Positions 55,942 to 64,000 of a stretch of 64,000 bases of DNA are shown piece by piece. The DNA comes from Octopus vulgaris. Taxonomy: Eukaryota. Positions within the stretch are counted from its first letter, which is position 1, and each line of letters begins with the position of its first letter. The stretch lies in contig OX597817.1 in NCBI GenBank assembly GCA_951406725.2, forward strand, positions 91,264,001-91,328,000, in the 5' to 3' direction. The notes below the pieces were generated by a model. That model was not told where the DNA came from, did not search any database, and worked only from the letters and a program-made list of their open reading frames with translations. A program made the position numbers and the translations under genes.

Positions 55942-56260
55942 ATAGTGAGATCTGCTGATTGAGATGTATGTTCTCAGGTGTGAATCCTAGCTGGTGGAGG
56001 TGCTTGCCTCCCTTTCGCAAATATAAGGACACAGGAAATGTGTCAAAGCCGACAGGAAGCGTCGATGCTTCATAGGGCTAAACAGCGGTGGTGTAATTCC
56101 CTTACGGGACTGTCATGTTATGTTGACAGTATACAACCACTCTATCGCTCCACCACCACTCATGTCTCTTTGAGACATTTAGAAATTTTATATTTCTAAT
56201 TATAGTGACCAGTGAATAGATTTCACAGTAGATATATATATTTGCAAAGGCTAGACAGGC

Positions 56261-56360
56261 AATGACTAAGGAAAATAGTCTAATAAGCCCTCGACAAAAA
56301 AAAGCGGGCTTTCTGTCGAGGCTTACTAGCTCCATTATTATGCTATTTTCCTTAGTCATT
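56261..56360. repeat. 100-bp hairpin
   Basis: aatgactaaggaaaatag / ctattttccttagtcatt, with inner taagccctcgaca / tgtcgaggctta. Confidence 0.75.
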
Positions 56361-56505
56361 TCATGGTGATCACTGTTAGTTTTAAGCTTATAAAATACTA
56401 CATATATATATATATACGACAATTTTTTTATAATTATGAGTATAATTTAAAAAAACGCGGGAACATATTTACCAACCTAATATATATGTGTGCGTGTGTG
56501 TGTGT

Positions 56506-56539
<34 letters not shown>

Positions 56540-56547
<8 letters not shown>

Positions 56548-57677
56548 AAACAATACTGGGAGGATAAGAGATGGAACGAAGCGAAAATTCGAAAATTCGA
56601 ACGAACCCGATGCGAAGCGCTGTCAGACAATAGTGTAATAAATATATGCATTCATACAAACATATATGTACGTACCGACATCTACATGTATATATACATG
56701 CATATATAAATATATATATGTACAGGACACCACAAAAAGACATAAAACTCAATAGAAACGAAAACGGAAAAGCCATTTTGTTACAACAGAAAGACAGAGA
56801 CGTGGAACAGGACGAGAACGAAAATGGGCTGACAGCACTTCGCGTCGGGTTCGTTCGAATTTTCGAATTTTCGCTTTGTTCCGTCTCTTATCCTCCAGTA
56901 TTGTTTTATAATATAATTATGACACGAAATTCTCTCCCTTTGCTTTACCTTCCCCTCTCTCTCTCCCTCTTCCTCATCCTTCTCTCAGCTGCGTGTCTTC
57001 CTCTATCTATCTCTCTCTCTCTCCCTCACTCCTCCTCACTTTCGTCATTGCTAATCCTTTTGCACGTTGCTTTCAGGCCGTAAGGTCATGTTTCCCTGTG
57101 CTCACCAGTACCTCTTCCGTCCCAGCCAGAACAAAGGCCTTTCGTTTGTTTTCTTGTTTATTTTGATTTGTCGTATTGTATTTTATTTCTCGTTTTGTAT
57201 TTTCTTGTACCTGTATTTTTAATTTTGTATTTTTATCTTGTATTTTATTGTGCAGTTCTTTTGTTACGTCCTGTTTGTGTTACATTTTTTTCGTGCTTGT
57301 TTTTACCCCTCTGCGAGGTTATTTTATTTTAATTCTCTTGCAGGAAGGCCTAGTATTGACGAGTCGTGTCCTGTCTTGTCTTTGAAACATGCTAAGTCTA
57401 CTAGTGACAGCTGATGAAGGGGATTTTTCCTTGTGTAGCATGTCCTGTACCTTGCTTTTCTGTTGTAAATAATGTTTTTCCCGTTTTCGTTCTCGTCCTG
57501 TTCCACGTCTCTGTCTTTCTGTTGTAACAAAATGGCTTTTCTGTTTTCATTTCTGTTGAGTTTTACGTCTTTTTGTGGTGTCCTGTACGTATATATATTT
57601 ATATATGCATGTATATATACATGTAGATGTCGGTACGTACATATATGTTTGTATGTATGCATATATTTTATTTATTA

Positions 57678-57680
<3 letters not shown>
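56540..57680. mobile_element. Interleaved inverted-repeat element (Penelope-like non-autonomous)
   Basis: 56540-56626 is the inverse of 56829-56914; 56628-56826 is the inverse of 57484-57680; ACAG-CTGATGA-AGGGG motif at ~57407. Confidence 0.65.
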
Positions 57681-57717
<37 letters not shown>

Positions 57718-57982
57718 TTTGAGTGTATGTTATCTGGGAGATTCTCTTATGGTAGAGAAATAGCTAGATGTTTGGCTGCTATTTCTGAATTTTCAGTATG
57801 TGGTGAAGCAAATTTTTTGCTGAACCCTAATTATAATTATATTCATAATTATAAAAAAAATTGTTGTTTAAGTTTATCGATAATGGTTCTTTTAACATGC
57901 CAAAACTGCTTAGTAAAATGAGTAATAATTAATGATTAATAATTATTTATTAAATCAATTTTACCCTTTATTATTATTGTTT

Positions 57983-58021
<39 letters not shown>

Positions 58022-58482
58022 ATAGATACACACACACCTATATATGTATACGTATATGGCCAGTGTCGTGTGAACAGCATTTGTGAAATCGTAATTGTGG
58101 CCATTGCTGGTGAAGTGATCTTTGAATGTCAGATCACACAGAGGTGATGTCAAGTGACTGAGACCTTTTGTGATATGGTGTGCTTGATAAGACTCATCAA
58201 GCCAAGTGAGATCATAGCCGTGGCTGTTGCTGGTGTCACGTAAATGGCATCCATACCGGTGGCATGTAAAAAGCACCTATTATACTCTCAAAGTGGTTGG
58301 CATTAGGAAGTGAATCCAGTCATAGAAACCATACCAAATCAGACTGGAACCTGGACAGCCCTCTGGCTTACAAGTTCCAGTCAAACTGTCTAACTCATGC
58401 TAGCATGGAAAGCAGACATTCCATGATGTTGATGATGATGTATATATGTATATACACACACACATATATATATACTCATATA

Positions 58483-59773
58483 CTGGGTGAGATAGGTAAA
58501 TTGTCACTATTTTATATTTCTAATTTCGCACATGCACATTGTTTGTTTTTGATTTTGTCGAGTACACAGTATAGTAGGGTCAGTTGGGCACTGTCTGTGA
58601 GAAAAACAGCACCATGGTGTAATTCACTCAGCCAGAAATTTGGAAATGACATGCTGTACTGATTGGCATTCATGCCAGAAATTCCAATACGAACATTTCC
58701 CAGCATTTGTATATCAAGCTGAGGACAGTACAGAGGATTTGGAAACAGATGGATGAGTCTAATGGTGATTACGAAGGTATGCCAGCTCGGAAAACTCACT
58801 CTGATCATTCTGATAAGAAAAGAACTGAATTTGTTGGAGAGATCCAGGCCATGATTGACAATGATCCCTCCAAGTCAATCAAGTTCTTCGCCAGGGACAT
58901 GGTAGTGTCTGAGTTTCTTATCGGGCAGGTAGTGCATGAAGACATTCAGTATTCCACATACAAGATGAGAAAGGGCTAATTTTTATCCCAAGCCATCAAG
59001 GACAAGAGGAAATACCATGCTACACAGCTTTTGAACAAACTCAAGCATCCCCTCCAACCAAACATGCTTTGGTTTTTCTCAGACGAGAAAAACTTCTACC
59101 AGGATCAGATGGTGAACATACAGAACAACTGTTGGCATGCCATGTCCCCAAAACATGTACTGTGAGTGATAAAAATCAAGCATCCAGTCAACATCATGGT
59201 GTTTGGAGTGATCATATGGTGTTTGGTGACATTATGCATTCATTCATCTTCCCACATGGCCTCAAAATCAACATAGAGGCCTATATCAACCTGGAGTAGG
59301 TAGTGCTGCCTTGAGTTAAGAGGGTGGCTGCTGGAAGACCCTATGTCTGGCAACAGGACTCTGCACCATGCCACACAAGCAGGAGAACACAGTCATGGCT
59401 GTCAGACAATTTCTGTGACCACATCTCCCCTAACATCTGGTCACCTCACTCCTCAGGCTGCAACTCCCTTGTGTGGGGCACAGTTGAGTGACAGACCAAC
59501 GAAACTCCTTGTAACACCAAAGATAAACTGAAGGCAACGATTATGGCAGTATTCACCAACTGAAACATGGAGACCATCCAGAAGAGTTGCAAGAGATTCC
59601 AAAGTCGTCTGGAGGCCATGGTTGAAGCGAATGGTGGTTTTATTGAATAAATCTACTCTTTACTACTTCAAGATATTTTTATATAATTTTGGTAAATATA
59701 TCTTTTAAAATGAGATGTCAGTGCTGTTTTCATTTTTGCATAATTTAGATGACAGTTTATTCACCACACCCTT
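58483..59773 (+). mobile_element. Full-length but inactivated Tc1/mariner (maT/DD37D-like) transposon
   Basis: ~1.29 kb with TIRs; HTH region RTVQRIWKQ..IDNDPSKSI, WFFSDEKNFYQD, YVWQQDSAPCHTSRRTQSWL; stops and frameshifts. Confidence 0.88.
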
Positions 59774-60590
59774 GTGAGTCAATTTCGTAAACTGAAACTG
59801 AAAGAAGCCTGCCATATACATGTCTGTGTGTGTGTCTTTGAGTATGTGTTTGGCAACCACCACCACTTGACAACCAATATTGGTATGTTTACATCCCTAT
59901 AATTCAGGAAGTGGTACATAGTGTTGTTTCTTCGACTGTTTTTTTTAAATACTTAATTTGTGTATATTCACATGATGAAAACAGTTTTTTTTTCTTTCGC
60001 ATGCTGAAATAACTCTATTCATCAATACAAAATAACTCATTTGAAACAGCTGTAGTAAATGAACCAATATCCACCGGTTGCTATTTGTTTATTACTCACC
60101 TTACTCAGAACCTGCAATTAGTGTGGATCTGAAGTCTTTTAAGTGCAGTACAATTGGTGTAGTATGCACTCCTAGATACAGCCTTGAGACTCATGGTATA
60201 TATACAGTCAGGCACTTGTGATCTTATATGCAACTAGAATATTAATCTGTCTGTACATTGGTATGTACATATACTCTGCTTCAATTTTTGTTTCATACAT
60301 GATTGCTATTTCTTTGAGCCAGTGTTGGTGCTTTAGTATTTAGGTACCCGATTCACTTGAATCCTGAACTTTTATACATACACAAACATTTATGGGAAAT
60401 GGACACTAAATGATGACGACGATGATGATTTTAGTCTTTAAACATATATCCGGGCTGTTTCCACCTTTACTTTTTGCTTATAACCATTGATTTCTATGGA
60501 TTCTTAACCCCTTTTCAACTATACATACATACATACATACATACATACATACATACATACATACATGCATGCATGCATGCATACATAGAT

Positions 60591-63500
60591 ATCATCATCA
60601 TCATCGTTTAACGTCCGTTCTCCATGCTAGCATGGGTTGGACGGTTCGACCAGGGTTCTGGGAAGCCAGAAGGCTGCACCAGGCTCCAGTCTAATCTGGC
60701 AATGTTTCTACAGCTGGATGCCCTTCCTAACGCCAACCACTCCGTGAGTGTAGTGGGTGCTTTTTACGTGCCACCTGCACAGGTGCCAGGCGGGGCTGGC
60801 AACGGCCACGGTCAGATTGGTGTATTTTATGTGCCACCGGCACGGAAGCCAGTCGAGGCGGTGCTGGCATCGCCCACGAGTCGGATAGTGCTTTTTACGT
60901 ACCACCAGACCAGGGATCCTGGCTGGTTCAATTCGATTTCGATTCCGATTTCGCTTGCCCCAACATGTCTTCACAAGCAAAGGGGGTTGGCATGGGTGCC
61001 TGTCGTACGGTCGCATTGGAGTATTTTACGTGCCACGGCCGCGAGTCGGATAGTGCTTTTACGTACCACCAGACCAGGGATCCTGGCTGGTTCAATTCGA
61101 TTTTGATTTCGCTTGCCTCAACATGTCTTCACAAGCAAAGGGGGGTTGGCATGGGTGCCTGTCGTACGGTCGCATTGGAGTATTTTACATGCCACGGCCA
61201 CGAGTCGGATAGTACTTTTTACGTACCACCAGGCCAGGGATCCTGGCTGGTTCAATTCGGTTTCGATTTCGATTGCCCCAACATGTCTTCGCAAGCATGG
61301 GGGGTTGGCATGGGTGTCTGTCGTTGGGTGAGGTTCTATATCGACTTCGCTTGCCTCAACCGGTCTTTGTGTCCAAGGGAGGAAAGGCATTCATAAGTGG
61401 GCTGGGCTCACTTGTCCTGCCTGGTCTTCTCACGTACAGAATATTTCCAAAGGTCTCGGTCACTGGTCATTTCCTCAGTGAGGCCTAAAGTTCGAAGGTT
61501 GTGCTTCACCACCTCGTCCCAGGTTTTCCTGGGTCTACCTCTTCCACGGGTTCCCTCAACTGCTAGGGATTGGCACTTTCTCACACACCCATCTTCATCC
61601 ATTCTCGCCACATGGCCATACCAGCGCAATCGTCTCTCTCTTGCACACCACAACTGATGCTTCTTAGGTACAACATTTCTCTTAAGGTGCTAACGCTCTG
61701 TCGAGTATGTACACTGACATTACACATCCATCGGAGCATACTGGCTTCATTCCTCACGAGCTTACGCATGTCCTCAGCAGTCACGGCCCATGTTTCGCTG
61801 CCATGTAGCATGGCTGTTCGTACACACGCATGATACAGTCTGCCTTTTACTCTGAGCGAGAGGCCTTTAGTCACCAGCAGAGGTAAGAGCTCCCTAAACT
61901 TTGCCCAGGCTATTCTTATTCTAGCAGTTACACTTTCAGCGCACCCACCCCCACTACTGACTTGGTCACCTAGATAACGGAAGCTATCAACTACTTCTAG
62001 TTTTTCCCCCTGGAAAGTGACGGAAGTTGTTTTCTGCAGATTTTCGGAGGTTAATGCTCCCGAGCATCTGCCACATACAAAAACTATCTTCCCAGTTAGC
62101 CTACCTTTGACATTGCTGCACCTCTTATGTGTCCATAGCTTACACTGGGTACATCTTATAGAGTTTCTACCTACACCTTTTCTACAGATCGAGCAGGGCC
62201 ATCTTCCTGAAGATATTTGTGGATTGTCTACCTTTCTACTTATTAGTACTTTGGTTTTAGCTAGGTTGACTCTAAGGCCCCTTGATTCTAAACCCTCCTT
62301 CCACACCTGGAACTTCTCCTCCAGTTCTGATAGTGACTCAGCAATAAGAGCAAGGTCGTCAGCGTAGAGGAGCTCCGAGGGACAGCCTGTCTTGAATTCC
62401 TCCGTAATTGCCTGGAGTACTATGATAAATAGGAGGGGGCTGAGTACTGAACCCTGGTGGACCCCAACCTCTACTTTGAATTCTTCTGTGTACATGTTGC
62501 CAACCCTAACCTTACTTACGGCATCTCTGTACATGGCTTGCACAGTCCTCACCAGCCATTCATCTATCCCTAGTTTCCTCATTGACCACCAGATAAGGGA
62601 TCGGGGGACCCTATCAAAAGCTTTCTCCATGTCAACGAAAGCCAGGTACAGGGGCTTATCTTTGGCTAGGTATTTCTCCTGCAGCTGCCTTACCAGGAAT
62701 ATAGCATCAGTGGTACTTTTCCCTGGCACGAACCCAAACTGCATCTCATCTAAACTAACTCTCTCTAATTAGTTGGGCTATGACCCTCTCCGTAACCTTC
62801 ATTACTTGATCCAACAGCTTGATACCTCTGTAATTATTTGTATCTAGGGCATCACCTTTACCTTTGTAGCAGTTGACTAGTATGCTGCTGCACCAGTCAT
62901 TGGGTATGACTCCTTCGTGTATCACCTGGTTGACTATACGGGTGACTAGGTTATAGCCGACACTGCCAGATATTTTGAGCATCTCTGCAGTAATTCCTGA
63001 TGGGCCTGGGGCTTTCCCTGTCTTCATGCTTCTAATTGCCTTAGCTACCACGGAACTATCAACTCGGATAGCTGGTCCCTCTGTAGGGTCAACATTCGGC
63101 AGACTCTCTTTATCCCATTCATTTTCCTCATTCAGCAACCTTTCATAGTGGCGTCTCCAAGCTTCTCTCTTTGCATCCTCATTTAGCGCAAGTGAACCAT
63201 CCTCCATGCGAACACATTTCTCTCCTACCACATCACGATTCTCTCTCACACACTGTCTTGCAACACGAAATACCTCAAGTCTTTCACCCTCATGGCGCAG
63301 GACATTGGCAAATTTTCTCTTATCTGCTTCCCCTCTGGCTAGATAGACCTGTCTCCTAGCTTCCCTTCTGGCAGTCTGATACCCTTCCCTGCTACCACCG
63401 TTCTTCCAGGCCTTCCAAGCCTGTTTCTTTTGTCTAATAGCCCTGTCAACAATATTGTTCCACCACCACGTTATTTTGGGTCTTAAGGGGACTTTGCACC

Positions 63501-64000
63501 AGCCACAGATCTGGTCAGCGGCTTTCAGCAGGTTGTCCCTCAGAAACGTCCAGTTGTCTTCTACCCCATGTGTAGCTATACCCCCTTCCACTTCGTCAAA
63601 GGCTTCAAGTAACATATCTCTAAATCTCTGTCCATTCGCAGGGTCTTTAAGCTTCCAGACCCTTCTTCTCCATGTTGGTCGTCTTCTAGTCGCCCTCTTA
63701 GTCCTGATCCTAAAGTCACTAACTACCAGTCTATGTTGTGGGGTGCATTCTTCGCCTGGGAAGGTTTTGGCATTTATAAGCAGCCATCTTTCCCTTTTTC
63801 TGGCAAGGATGTAGTCGATTTGGCTAGTATGCCGGCCCGATCGGTAGGTGACCAGGTGGCTTGTTGGTTTCCTGAAGTTAGTGTTGCAGACCATAAGACT
63901 ATTCGCATCGCAGAACTCCAGCAGCCTGGTTCCCCCTCGTTGCGGGAACCATAACCGTAGCCTCCATGTACGCCATGGAAGCCCCCAGCATGTCGTCCAA
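60591..64000 (-). mobile_element. Young RTE-clade LINE (APE endonuclease + RT), running off the window; (GAT)n tail
   Basis: ORFs 62755-63894 (SQIDYIL, QHRLV, KAPGPSGI, NYRGIKLL), 61581-62744 (QGSVLSPLLF, YADD, FRYLG) and 61408-61653 (RLRWYGHV, GRPRKTW), joined by two 2-nt frameshifts. Confidence 0.95.
60877..61324. repeat. Tandem ~160-bp repeats (about 2.7 units) in the RTE 3' UTR
   Basis: cgagtcggatagt starts units at 60877, 61042 and 61201. Confidence 0.9.

Larger units (their letters stand above)
54184..56143 (-). mobile_element. Composite: HHR foldback element (~180-bp inverted arms) containing two tandem L1/Tx1-like insertions
   Basis: 54184-54363 is the inverse of 55964-56143; 54398-54680 repeats at 55608-55886; agtgagatctgctgattga occurs three times. 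Confidence 0.85.

Overview
AT-rich eukaryotic DNA, intronic or intergenic, with very dense microsatellites ((TA)n, (TACA)n, (CA)n, (GA)n, (TAA)n). The repeat repertoire resembles octopus/coleoid cephalopod DNA; this is an inference, not a database result. No complete host gene is visible, and most ORFs in the track are microsatellite artefacts. Supported content: R4/Dong-type RLE LINE 3' ends in (TAA)n, a near-intact RTE LINE with a PHD finger inside its RT, other RTE/CR1 remnants, several tRNA-derived SINE families, Tc1/mariner elements and MITEs, Helitron remnants and Penelope-like (GIY-YIG) remnants. The unusual signal is a set of type I minimal hammerhead ribozyme (HHR) motifs, most of them in foldback repeats, read directly from the sequence at about 3.9, 5.3, 9.9/10.3, 14.5, 15.1, 22.5, 54.3 and 55.9 kb. 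One family carries the compensatory U3-A8 core. The best candidate for an undescribed system is 54184-56143. There an ORF1-only, CCHC-knuckle L1/Tx1-like element appears inserted twice at the same nucleotide next to a hammerhead, leaving the ORF between two co-oriented ribozymes inside ~180-bp inverted repeats (a retrozyme-like ~1.55-kb self-excisable RNA).
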